DNA of 64,000 bases, taken from positions 806,102-870,101 of the forward strand of contig NC_068982.1 of assembly GCF_001194135.2 (NCBI RefSeq). Reading direction: 5' to 3'. Numbering within the stretch: the stretch's first letter is position 1; each line of letters opens with the position of its first letter. The DNA is from Octopus bimaculoides. Taxonomy: Eukaryota. Shown in pieces: positions 51,420-64,000 of the stretch. Under the pieces are notes generated by a model. That model did no database searches and was not told where the DNA came from. It saw only the letters and a list, made by a program, of their open reading frames with translations. A program made the translations under genes and the position numbers.

Positions 51420-52800
51420 TCTTTGGGGTTGTATCTACAGTGCATGAAGCTGACAACTGGATGAGGAAAGTATAGGAAATGTGAAGAACGGCATCATTTG
51501 AATACGAGAAGACTATCATTAGATGTGAAAAATTCTAGGTATTTGATATCCAGTGAAACAAATCTGTGCAAGGCATAACTGCACCTACCATTCTTACCAT
51601 CAGAAGCTGGTCGAGAAATTTCAGTTCAAGAAATGAGCCAAAGATATAGATTATAAGCATAAACCTTAGCCAGACGTTTCTCGTTCCATACGTCATCGAA
51701 TGCTTTTGTAGTGTCAAATGCAATGAAAATTCTTTCGTTTATGTCATCAAGAACAAAAAACACTACTGCGTAACATAGTAAACCTGTTTTTTTAGCTAGC
51801 TCTTTCAAGCAGGCCTGTTTGGCCACTGAAGTGAGTGTGAAGGTGATAAAGAAGTAAATTGTCTATAATCGTTTCTATTTCTTTTGAGCTGTCGAAAGTT
51901 AGAGCGATTAGACGTTAGTTTAAACGGGATCAAAGAGGTTTCTCTTTCTTTTAAGACAGGACCCTAGAGCAACGTTTTCAAATATTTGGATAAATCCGTG
52001 CTGAAAGAGAGGAGTTTGACTTCCTTTGATATTAATTCTTAAGAATAAGGGAAAGAACACATTCGGGATCTTCATCTTGTTCAGTTGATGGAATCAGTGG
52101 AACTACTTGCCTCAATTTCTGGTTTTGTCATGCAGACCGAAGATCAAAGGTATTTCAGGTGTCGCCATTTTCTTTGAGAAGTATTTTTTAGGAAGATTTC
52201 AAAAGCAAATGCTCCTTTCGTAATGGACTCAAAACAAAATTGAAATTTGTGAGTCAGGGATATGTGTAGTCTGAAGGATGCAGAATAGAAAATCTTGTTT
52301 TTTCATTGCTGTCTTGGAAGTGACCCATTGTTATTAGAGTTACCCCGTTCAATGATGGATGATTTTGGCTCGACTATTCTAGGCTTGGCTTCTAATGTTT
52401 CTGTGTTGTATACAAATCCCTTTTGGGATTAAAAGCTTAGTTTTTGTGATGGCTGTGAATAGACATAGAAAGTTAACAGTATGGGGATATGATATATGCT
52501 GCCTTGCTTGAGATCAAAAGAAGACTGTGTTTCGAAACGAGAAAAAGACCAAGGTTTGTACTACCAACTTGTCGATCAAAGATACAGTTAGATGTGATAC
52601 CAGCTTGTGAAGACTGTTGAGATTGGCATTTTCCCAAAAAGGGTTAATACGGAGTTCAATCAAAATTGGATGTTCTCAATGCAGCTTCGAACAAATGCTG
52701 GTAGTTGATGGAGCTCGAAGTGACACTGACTAAGAAGAAAGGACTTTGAATTAGGTCATCAGAATCTATTTGTAACTAATATCCAGGTGACAGAGACGAG
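51420..52800 (-). mobile_element. Highly decayed LINE (CR1/L2/Jockey-group) ORF2 fragment
   Basis: Minus frames give RLIAL..KEIETII, IFIAFDTTKAFDDVWNEKRLAKVYAYNLYLWLISFL, matching RT ..RPIAL...ALD..KAFD.VWH..LL.KL. Many stops. Confidence 0.7.
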
Positions 52801-54895
52801 TGAAGCGGTTGGTAGAATCTACATATGCATTGATATCACATCTCAGAGCAAAGAGATGGGGAATTTAGAGTGTGTACTAGAAAGTAGAGTATCTGAGAGA
52901 TGAACAATGATACATTTTCCATAGCTGTGAGAATTAAGATGTGCGACATGCGTGCAAGTAACTGATGATGTATTCCACATTGGACCGATGCCCACATGTT
53001 GAAATAGATATATGCAAACATATGAAAATGAGAAAAGGTCGCAAGATAGCAAGCTAAGATATCTGGTTACATATGCAAATAAGAAAAGAAAATTGTAAAA
53101 TGGCATTCTTAGATATCTCGTTACACCTTGGCAACTTATGTTAAATATTAAAGCCTCTCGACGCAGAAATCCCAAACTTTATATTCTGTTTCTCATGGAA
53201 ACATTGCGATATATATCTGGAAGGATATCAGTTGAACTTCAACCACATATAACACAGGATAATCTAATCTAATTATATGCCTTCATATTGTTATATGCTC
53301 AACGATAGGCTGTAAATTATGAGAATTCATGGTTTTAATTATCAACGTAGATTTCCGTCTTCTTAATGCAACTGGTCAGAAGGTATAATTTTTGGTAAGT
53401 GAAAACAAAGAGAAACTCAACTTCAATTCTATCCAAAACTAGAGGCACGAATATACCGAACGTTATCTTTTTTTTTTTTACAAATAATTTGTATATTTAT
53501 ATATAATTTGTGTATTTAAATTACGAAGATTACACTGCAGTATTATAATGGTAAAATCAATGGTCAAAAATATAATGTCTCACAACATTTTGGGGCTATT
53601 TTAAACTTTTTATAAAGGCAATGCAGAGGAATATTAGCTGATAAGAAATAGATGAGACCGTTGAACATATTTCCTTACAGAAGCAAATCTTGACACAAAT
53701 AAAGTACAAAATAAAGCAATGTCAGAAGCGTATGTTTTATGAAAGAAGTATTTTCCTGTGAAATCAACAACAAGATGAAGGTACAAAATCTTTAGAAGAT
53801 CGAATAACACGAAAACATTAGTGAAACAGGACCGTTAATTCAAGACTTTACTTTCAGAAAGAATAATGGTCGCTCAGAAAAATAATGTCTTAAATACAAA
53901 GATGAATCCGTATAGTTTAATCGATATACGGGTAAAACCCCCACCCACTATAAAATAACTGGACAGAAATATTAGATACCCAATAAATTTGTTTAACTCT
54001 CCCGTTTTAATATCGAATTAGATTGGTTAGCTTACATGATTATAATTGACTTAAAAACAAATTTAGTAACTGAAAATAAGAATGTAACTTAGTTCTAAGA
54101 TAACAAGCCCTTATAGCTTGCTTACACTTTCAAGGATATGTTCCAAAATAAACATGTGCGATTGATACTTTAAATTTCTTTTGACAAAGACAAGATCTAG
54201 AAAGAAATGGAAGAGAGAATAGATTTGCTGTCTATTTTATGAATCGCCATTATCTCAAGTAGAACGCAGAGTCATCAAATGACCGTTTATAAAGACAGGA
54301 AGCTCTTGCAACTAGTTGAGGATTTAAGATCGAACTGCAAAACTAACGCCAGTATCCCTTTCAGAAAAAGGTCTAACCACTTACAACCACCTTGAGCTGA
54401 CCATAACTTTCCAAGCGAATCTCTGAAAGAGCAGTTACAGGCCTGTTGTATTGATTCAGTTCACGAGCAACAAGTGCAGTTCGTCGTCTTTCAGCTCGAC
54501 ATTCACTCTTCTTATCTAACAGAGTACGAACATTCCAATATGAAATATTCATCTTTCATCCCAATTTTGTATTTTCTCCAGAGAAAAACCGTATTAGAAT
54601 ATTTAGATCCGGTTTGACCCAATTGAACATAGATTAAGCCATCACTTCACTTGGTGTCTTCAGCTAGCCAGATATAAATGAATTAACTTAGTTCGCTTCG
54701 AGCCATGCTGAAGGACCCCGAATGAAGGAGCACAGAGGATTATGCTGGGTTGCATGCGTAACTGTACATATTCTATGTACCAGAAACACGTGTCGGTCAT
54801 TGTAACAAAATAATTATTCTGCACGACCAACTAAAATTAAAAGGAAAAACTGTTGATGATGTACCTGCCTCCGTATTTTTTATAATGGTTTGAAG

Positions 54896-54897
<2 letters not shown>

Positions 54898-54964
<67 letters not shown>
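54898..54964. repeat. (AC)n microsatellite
   Basis: Directly visible. Confidence 0.97.
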
Positions 54965-54969
<5 letters not shown>

Positions 54970-55730
54970 TGTATATTGTTGCTCCCCACGCGGCCTCCTG
55001 GTACCACCAACAGGCTCCGACAGTCTGTGTCCTTAGCTCAGAGGGCTGTAGGTGAGTTCAGGAAGCCAACTTGCTTAGAGTGGAAGAAGCAGCAGACAAA
55101 GAAGAGTCGACAATAACAAACAAAACCGTTGAGTAAGACCAAAGTAAAAGAAGTTTAATTAAGAGTCGAATAGACATTTATGGAATCGATAGACGGTTCT
55201 TTCGAGAGTTTTAAGAAATGTGTAGACTTCTTTTGGTGAGCTCTTCTTTTATTCACCAGTCTAATGATTCATTATTATTTTTTAAATCTTCTCTTTTTGA
55301 CGGGATTCTGTCGTTACTTCCGAATTCCCGTTAGTCCGGTACCATTCCGCATTCTTTACGCTGCCAAGTTCAAAACCGTTCGCCTTACAAAGACGCAACT
55401 GCTCACATGAACCACTGACGTTCACCGTCACAATACATGTCCCATTTCTGACACCAATTACTGCGTCACCTGTTCAACACGAACTGCCCGGCATCGACCC
55501 ATACATCGAAAACACGACACCGACTGCCGTATCAACTATTCACACAAACGTACGTCAACCGGCGCACCTCGGCTCAGTACAGACTAACTCCGCCATACGT
55601 TCACCAGTAGGATATATAGTTTGCCCACACAGTAAAAAGCGCGCCAAATCATACCGCCTACACCCCTCACACACACATACACTCACACACACGCACATGT
55701 ACACTCACACACACGCACACGTACATGTAC

Positions 55731-55872
55731 GATGGGCTTTCAATTTCTGTGTACCAAATCTACTCACAAGCCTTCAGTCAGCTCGAGGCTATACTAGAAG
55801 ACACTTGCCCAAGGTGTCACGCAATGGGACTGAACCTGGAACCATGTCTTACCACATAGCCACGTCAACGCC
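55731..55872 (-). mobile_element. SINE family 1, 5' half
   Basis: accaaatctactcacaag..gaagacacttgcccaaggtgtcacgcaatgggactgaacc. Confidence 0.85.
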
Positions 55873-57819
55873 TAAATAAACAAATTGCAAAAGTGTTGAG
55901 AAGTTTGGGAAATACGAAAATATTAATAGAACAGAATTAGGATAAAAAGTTTAATTTCTGAAGAAAATGCCCCACCATTAATACGTATGAAGGAACAAAC
56001 AGCATGGATAGATGTAATGTGAAAGCTGTTTAGGTCAAATTAAAGAGGAAATGAGTTCGTCTGCCCTTTCCATGTAAAATACAGAGAGAACAATGCTAAC
56101 GTTAAAAGCATAAAGCTACATTAAGGATTTAGAAGTAAGTTGAAGAACACAAGAAAGCACGGTCGGTAAAGTTTGGGTGCATTTAAATCTGTAGAAAGAT
56201 GAAAACAGACCGGTAAATAAGGAAAAGAAACGTTTTTAATTGTGTACGTTGATCAGAACATTAGATGAAAACTGTGAAAGCAAAGCTACAACAATTTCTA
56301 ATCTGTTATACAACCTGATTTCCAACACAGATTATTCTAATATTGTGTAGCAGAGACTGATTTGTAAGAATGTTGAAAGTTTATGTTGATCAAGAAATAA
56401 TTGTACGTTTAAGATAAGCATAAAGCAATATTTATATCTTCCGGGAAGCAAAGCTAACGGAATCGTTGGCATGTCCGCCAACAAGCTGAAGCAAACTCAA
56501 TTTGTATGACGTCATTAGCGCTGTACAATGTTACTGGCGCAGAAAAGAAACTTATGATGTAGATTTGATCTAGCTCTAGTCAGATAGTATGTTTGATTAA
56601 GAAAAACAGCGTAGGAAAAATATAATGAATGGTAGTATTATTTCTATTAAAGGAGGAGAGAAACAGTAGGCTATAACTGGTATAGTTTGTATGTTTTGCC
56701 ATTCAACATGTGTTGACAGTAGCAAATTTAACCAGCTTTGATATATTTCACTAAAAGCATAGTACAGTTATATTTTTTAAACTATAATAAAAAAAAATTA
56801 TAATAAAAGTAATATTAATAAACTGTATGTTTTCTTATTCATTAACCTATAAAGAAAAGTATCAGCAGAACATCAATACAACGGAGACTTGAAGAATCTC
56901 TGATAAAAACAAAATCAAATTCTCTGATCTGCTGAAAACCTCAAGTCGCATAATATAAGCATATTAGAAGCTAATAACACTTAAACAGCAAGACAACAAC
57001 AACAACAACAACAACAACCAAAATAGCATCATCATCATCATCATCATCATCCTGACTACTATCAACAATAACAGCAACAACGACGACAAAAACAACACCC
57101 TAACGTTCACCAATAATAATTTATTGATTTACAGCTAAAAAAGTAAAAATACATATAAAAAAAAACACGTTCTGGCTTACGGTAATATATTTTTGCATTA
57201 ACGAGCTATCTTTACACTCACGTAAGAAAATATAAATCAACAAAGTTCTTACCTACACACTTATATACAACCATACAGTCATATGGACACACATATATAT
57301 ATATATATGCATACCTACACACAAACGTGTGTAATATGTGCACAACCGTTTATGTGCAAAATTATTCATTTGTGTGTTTATAATTTGTACATCTTTCTTC
57401 GTGTGTATGCAAAGATGTCTTTACTATTGGAAGCTCTTTCAACATACACCGATATTATCGGAACTTTTTATGTTCAGAACAAAACCAGTATTGAGAAGGA
57501 TCGAAACCATATCTAAGCTTTAAGCAGCTTTTAATCTTAAGTACGTGTTCCGACTTATTCACTTGTTCGTCTGACAAACTTTAGAATTTCAGCCAATCAA
57601 TTGATTGCTTTGCTTTCTTTCATAAAAGAACCTGTAATTCCTGAGATTGTCGTTTTCTATAATATTTACAAAAACACAGGTGTCAATAATTTGTGTTCAT
57701 TGGATAAAATGATGAATTTTAAATATGGAACAATTATACTAAATCAACATTTCGTTTAATTGCATTTGCCTAATTTTTTTTTGTGTGTATTTATTGTCTC
57801 TTAATCAGAATATGAGTAA

Positions 57820-58100
57820 AGAGAAAATTCTAACGCTCTTCAAATCCTTTCAAAGAACTAGACGTCTTCATGTTTGACTATTACTTATAGCTTCCTCCAT
57901 CAAGTCCACAAACTCGTCCTTCCCCCCCCCCTCTTGTCTATGTTCCACACGTCTAACAACTACACTGATCAACGTATTTAGTGGTTGCTTACTGTCTTTT
58001 CTATTCCATACTAAAGATACTGACAATGTTTCCCGCTCCTTGAACTCTTCGCTCACAAACTCCTCTTTTTAATGGCCGTAAAATCCCCGAACATTTCATC
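57820..58100 (-). mobile_element. Decayed LINE AP-endonuclease fragment (RTE-like)
   Basis: LISVVV..GGKDEFVDLMEEAISNSQT*RRLVL*KDL resembles ISxYAP..EKEEF..L.E.I...E.LII.GDFN. Confidence 0.45.
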
Positions 58101-58391
58101 TTCCTCGGCAACGGATTTTTATAATTAATATTTTCTTAACCACCAAACTATACCTGAAACTAGTGTCTTCATATTTCTTCTTGTATATGTTGTCCTTACC
58201 TTAAATCGTTATTTCTCTAGTGGTTCTATTAACAAATGGGCGGCGTGTCTATAAGCTCTAAGACGGACCTTAACTACATTAACTTCTTTGTGGCATAAAC
58301 TGAGGTCCACTTTCATACTGTATATTGAATTCAGAGAACGGTTCATAGATAACTATATCAGAGAAACCTCAACCGCCTCATGTTCAAATCC

Positions 58392-58438
<47 letters not shown>

Positions 58439-59917
58439 NNNNNNNNNNNNNNNNNNNNNNNNNNNNNNNNNNNNNNNNNNNNNNNNNNNNNNNNNNNNNN
58501 NNNNNNNNNNNNNNNNNNNNNNNNNNNNNNNNNNNNNNNNNNNNNNNNNNNNNNNNNNNNNNNNNNNNNNNNNNNNNNNNNNNNNNNNNNNNNNNNNNNN
58601 NNNNNNNNNNNNNNNNNNNNNNNNNNNNNNNNNNNNNNNNNNNNNNNNNNNNNNNNNNNNNNNNNNNNNNNNNNNNNNNNNNNNNNNNNNNNNNNNNNNN
58701 NNNNNNNNNNNNNNNNNNNNNNNNNNNNNNNNNNNNNNNNNNNNNNNNNNNNNNNNNNNNNNNNNNNNNNNNNNNNNNNNNNNNNNNNNNNNNNNNNNNN
58801 NNNNNNNNNNNNNNNNNNNNNNNNNNNNNNNNNNNNNNNNNNNNNNNNNNNNNNNNNNNNNNNNNNNNNNNNNNNNNNNNNNNNNNNNNNNNNNNNNNNN
58901 NNNNNNNNNNNNNNNNNNNNNNNNNNNNNNNNNNNNNNNNNNNNNNNNNNNNNNNNNNNNNNNNNNNNNNNNNNNNNNNNNNNNNNNNNNNNNNNNNNNN
59001 NNNNNNNNNNNNNNNNNNNNNNNNNNNNNNNNNNNNNNNNNNNNNNNNNNNNNNNNNNNNNNNNNNNNNNNNNNNNNNNNNNNNNNNNNNNNNNNNNNNN
59101 NNNNNNNNNNNNNNNNNNNNNNNNNNNNNNNNNNNNNNNNNNNNNNNNNNNNNNNNNNNNNNNNNNNNNNNNNNNNNNNNNNNNNNNNNNNNNNNNNNNN
59201 NNNNNNNNNNNNNNNNNNNNNNNNNNNNNNNNNNNNNNNNNNNNNNNNNNNNNNNNNNNNNNNNNNNNNNNNNNNNNNNNNNNNNNNNNNNNNNNNNNNN
59301 NNNNNNNNNNNNNNNNNNNNNNNNNNNNNNNNNNNNNNNNNNNNNNNNNNNNNNNTATATATATATATATATATCAAAATAGGCAACAAGGATATTCAGA
59401 GGTAATGCAGTACGATCGTTTCATGCAGCTCTATTTAATTGAACAATACAATCATTGCATCAATTTAAAATGCAGAGCAATCCTCAGCTGCACAAAGACA
59501 TAGAATTTAATTAAACTAGAACAGATGGACACATTAGTATAATTATACCTAAAATCTCCACGAAGTTAAGGAGATAGACAAAGAACATGTTGCCTCTACT
59601 ACAGCATATAAGTTACGTATAGATTTCCAGTACTTATAGATTTCAGTATCTTATACTGTATATTGTTTCGCTTTCATGTTGTTACTTATGTTGGCCTTTG
59701 AGCATTTTGGCATGTATGTGCGCAATTCGCTTAACATAGACTATCTTTCGGCAAACCAGTCGGATTCTGCTGGTAAATTGACTGAAAGAAAGCAAATTTA
59801 GAATGCTTCTTCCATGTGTTACCAAAGATTGTCTGTAACTGTCAGACATAGGATAAATGCCAAATCTCTTGGTTTTGCAGAGTGAGCTACCAATGAAGTC
59901 ATTAATAGTACATTATT

Positions 59918-60079
59918 TCTTCTTCTTCTTCTTCTTCTTCTTCTTCTTCTTCTTCTTCTTCTTCTTCTTCTTCTTCTTCTTCTTCTTCTTCTTCTTCTTC
60001 TTCTTCTTCTTCTTCTCCTAATGTCGCTGCTGTTACTTCTGGTGTTGTTGCTGCTGTTACTGCCGCTGTTGCTACTACA

Positions 60080-60138
<59 letters not shown>
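59918..60138. repeat. (CTT)n followed by (CTG/GTT)n and (CTA)n
   Basis: Directly visible. Confidence 0.97.
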
Positions 60139-60140
<2 letters not shown>

Positions 60141-61433
60141 TCGACACGTCTTCCTTTTTTTCCTCTTGTCAGATGGGCCAATACTTATCTACCGATTCCG
60201 TCGAGTTTTAGGATTCTTTCCAATCAGTGATGGTTTCTCCTTGTAAACATTCACGGAAATTTCGGAGAATTGGAACGATCAGATGAGGTTGAAGAAGACA
60301 CAGCTGAGATTATAATCCTATCTACATTATATGTGTGTGTGTGTTCATTTCTGTTTTAATTATATAAAATCTTCCTCTGAGGAAGGAATTGGTTTCTAAC
60401 AAGGATACAAAGTCTCATCGTTGGAATGTGGATAGCAAAAACAATGACACATGCTGAACTTGAGAAAAGTCTTGCATATTTTTACTGTCCCGCTTACAAA
60501 TTGTATTGGTAATGTGCGGGTTGGCTGATTTCCGTTTTTGAAAACCCTAGACTATCCAGATTGTTATTAACAAAACCAAGTCTACCAATTGTTATTGGTA
60601 TAAATGTAAATTTATAATCTGCCAACCATTTATGATCCATTCCTTCAAGCTCATAAACTCCATTCCCAGCCCAAAGAGTTAGAAATATAACTACGTTAAT
60701 TGATCAAGAGAATAGCGTGCAGTACGATGAATACAAATCTTGGTAAGAGTTACACTATACGCGGTTAATAAGAATCGTATAACTTGTACTTAGGAGAGGC
60801 AACGCAGATTCTCCTCGCTCCAATACCGCTCCTCATTCGGAAATGTAAGAGGAATACTACATGCAGACATATTACGTATAAAACTTGATTTTTCCCTTTA
60901 CCTCTTTCTAATCCTTATTCCTCCTTCCATCTCCATCTCTCATATATTTTTTCTCACATTTATTTCACCGGAATCGTTTGTGCTAATCTGAGAGAGCTTT
61001 GAACGCCTACACAAATGTACTTCCGAAATGACTGTAATTATACTAATTGCTAGCAAGGACACATATACTACCAAGAATGCTAAAGGTTTACAAGTCAATA
61101 GTGAGCCTTACTTTTGCGTTAGTAGTGCATTGTTTCCATTTTAAAGTTTATTTCTACAGATTTTCCATAGAATACAGAACCAACACTGAAAGTTACTATG
61201 TTTCGTATACGAATACGTAACCATAAATGTATTCTATAGAATATCTGTACAAGTAAACTTAAAAATGTGATCCATATGGACAAGAACTGTTTCTATACCT
61301 GCAAAACTTATATACTCTTCTTGCTCTCTACATTACTATATTATAATTTATGCTGCTGCTTGTTGTTCTTTGCTGTTAATACAAACCGACAGCGTTCCTA
61401 ATCTTCTACATTCAATTTTAATTATACAAAAAA

Positions 61434-61652
61434 GGCAGCGACCTGGCAGAATTGTTAACACGCCGGGCAACAACGCTTGGCAGTATTTCTTCCGTGTTTA
61501 TGTTCTAAGTTTAAACGCCACCGAGGTCGACTTTACTTTCATCTTTTTCTGGGTCGATAAAATAAGTGCCAGTTGAAACGCTGGAGTTGGTGTAATCGGA
61601 TTAACCCCCCCCCCCCACACAACTTGCTGGCCTTGTACCAAAATTTGAAAGC
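61434..61652 (+). mobile_element. SINE family 2 (tail subtype ..ccttgtaccaaaatttgaaa)
   Basis: ggcagcgacctggcagaa..cgccgggc..ccgaggtcgacttt..gggtcgataaaataagt. Confidence 0.85.
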
Positions 61653-61662
61653 AATATTAATA

Positions 61663-61868
61663 ATTCTTTCTACTTTAGGCACAAGGCCTGAAATTTGGGT
61701 GCGTGGACTAGTCGATTACATCGACCCCAGTGTTTCACTGGTACTTAATTCATCAAACCCGAAAGGATGAAAGGCAAAGTCGTCCTCGGCAGAATTTGAA
61801 CTCACAACGTAGCGAAATACCGTTAAACATTTCGCCCAGCGCGCTAACGATTCAGCCAGCTCTTCGCC
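61663..61868 (-). mobile_element. SINE family 2 (tail subtype ..ccttgtgcctaaagtagaaaga)
   Basis: Full head-to-tail match on the minus strand. Confidence 0.85.
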
Positions 61869-63832
61869 TTGAAATCAAAAATTAATAATAAAATACCTTG
61901 TTGGTTTGCCAATAAATATATCTTTTTAATATGGTTTTTAATTGGTTCTATTTGCTCCGAATTACAATTACGCTATGCAACTTCTGTGTCAAGATTTTTC
62001 CCTATGTTTTCGTTAAAACACACCACTTAATATCTCCCGGACATACTTCATTACTGACACTGTTTGAACCTGTTGGTATTTTCACTACTTCAGCCCCTTT
62101 CTCTAGAGATTTACTAGAATCCTAACAGGGACACTATAACAAACTATTTCCCGTTCAAGGAAAGTAACTGCATTGCAGACACTGTTGGTATTTCTATCAA
62201 CCATACTGAGACTGTAATAAGAAGGCCTTAACCAAAAGCAACTACAAAAAACGGATTAAATATGTCCCTCACCAAATCAACATTAAGCCCCAAAAATAGG
62301 CGCTGCAAAATTTCTCTACTTCCGACCCTTTTTTTTTCTCATTAAATGCAAAAACCAATGTCCTGAAATTGTCTGAGATGCACTTCCTAAACAAGTGTTA
62401 TTAAACTCTATTGCACAGAAACTGATTGCAAATGATCAGTTGTAACAGACAAACATTAACGGTGCAGCAGCCAACAAATCTATAACATCTAAAGTTGGTC
62501 AGTGGAGTTGCTTAACCATGCTCGAAGCACCAAAATTAAATTATATTTAGCGGAAGTCAACTTAAAATTAGAACAAAACGGATGCCAGGACGACCAAAGG
62601 ATGATTCCTCAAAAGATATGCGAACCATGCCATCTCACTTCGAGATGAAGAGAAAACGATTTCTACCGCATCATTGAAATATATCTGGAGATTTATTTAA
62701 TTGGAAAACTAAAGAGAAAAGTAGGCCATGCAAAACAAAACAAACAAACAAAAAGTTCTTTAAGTATTAAGATCAAGGTTAATACTTGGCAATATACAAA
62801 AGATTCTAAAGATTTAAAAATTTCTAAAGAATAAAAAGTTTTGAATGGTACAACAATGCACTATAATACAAAAAATGGACTATATACCTGTTGTAATTTA
62901 GTTATCCATATCCGATGATATTTCGGAATACAATTCCTTCTTCAAATATTCTTAGATGGAGTCGCTAAAATAATCTGTTTTCCAACGGCTTTTCTTTTTT
63001 CAGAAGCGTCTTAATAATTCCCTTTTTATCGACTTGAAACGTGGCCGGTTACCTGTGAGACAAACAACGTACAGTCTTGATAACGCAAAATAAAAGCCAG
63101 AAGACTGATTGCAAGGGATTTTGGTTAACATTTCTGAGCATTTGTCGAAGTAATCTTTACTTCGACAAATGCTCAGAATTTTTTCCAAATTGTAGAATTT
63201 CTGACATCCGACAAATCCTGCAGTTTAATCATTTATTGTATATCTCAATTCCTAGGACTTTTTAACTGTAGTCTTTATGTTTCCATGAGAGTATTTTATT
63301 TTCGAATTTAGATTAAATTTCTCCATAACAATGCACTTATAATATTTCTTTTACTTTCCTTTATTCTTGTATTGCAAAGTGCTCTGATTGCACACTCTTC
63401 CAATCGTGCTATATTTTTTCTATCTTTTGCGAATTTAATTCCAACTGTACGCTTAAAAACATCTCTTGATATAAATTTACATAAGATATATATTTACATC
63501 ACAGTATCACAGTGTCGACCAGACCATCAGATGCTGTTTTACATCGCTGATTACAATGCGATTCTAATTCTATCTTGATTGCCTCATTCTTCTCCATCTC
63601 GACCCAAATTGCCTACCTAGATTGTTTATCTATCGTCGTGGAGCAGCGTGCTTTCTAAATGGCTTTTCTGATCTCTTAGATAACACTCGGCAACTGTAGG
63701 GGTCCACCTATTGTCTGTGAACCTTGAAACACATTCAGCTCGGCGGAATTTGCTTTTAGTATTCTGCAATCACATCTTAGTTGAGTTACGTTTTAATAGA
63801 AATACCCAACACGCTTTCTTGAGTGCTTATTA

Positions 63833-63900
<68 letters not shown>

Positions 63901-63904
63901 TAAC

Positions 63905-63938
<34 letters not shown>
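63833..63938. repeat. (AAT)n then (GT)n
   Basis: Directly visible. Confidence 0.95.
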
Positions 63939-64000
63939 TAAAATCGAGATGCGTGGCGTTCAGTTATTCCATAAAGGAAAAATGCATTAAATACCACAAA

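Noticed and set aside
55330-55670. GC-richer block resembling a solo LTR
   Set aside because: No partner LTR, PBS, PPT or TSD identified.
59819-60230. Poly-R/E/S/L ORFs
   Set aside because: (CTT)n and (CTA)n repeats.

Overview
AT-rich, repeat-dense animal genomic DNA with eight N-gaps. It is most likely intergenic or intronic sequence from a coleoid cephalopod (Octopus-like; inferred from the SINE families and microsatellite load). No intact host protein-coding gene could be supported, and most tracked ORFs are microsatellite or gap artefacts. The window holds decayed Tc1/mariner elements (DD37D-like x2, DD41D/rosa-like, classical mariner remnants and a MITE), Helitron and Helentron-type non-autonomous elements, LINE fragments (RTE, CR1/L2), a Penelope-like RT fragment and at least four tRNA-headed SINE families. 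The main finding is a tRNA-headed (Pol III A/B box) SINE whose 3' tail folds into a minimal type I hammerhead ribozyme. At two loci (26238-26671, 47704-48165) it is inserted as an inverted unit (SINE plus an inverted copy of its tail) flanked by apparent 10-12 bp target duplications. This architecture suggests a Penelope-mobilised, ribozyme-bearing SINE. Other hammerhead-like motifs of different sequence occur at 12838-12927, 39834-39934 and 54714-54798.
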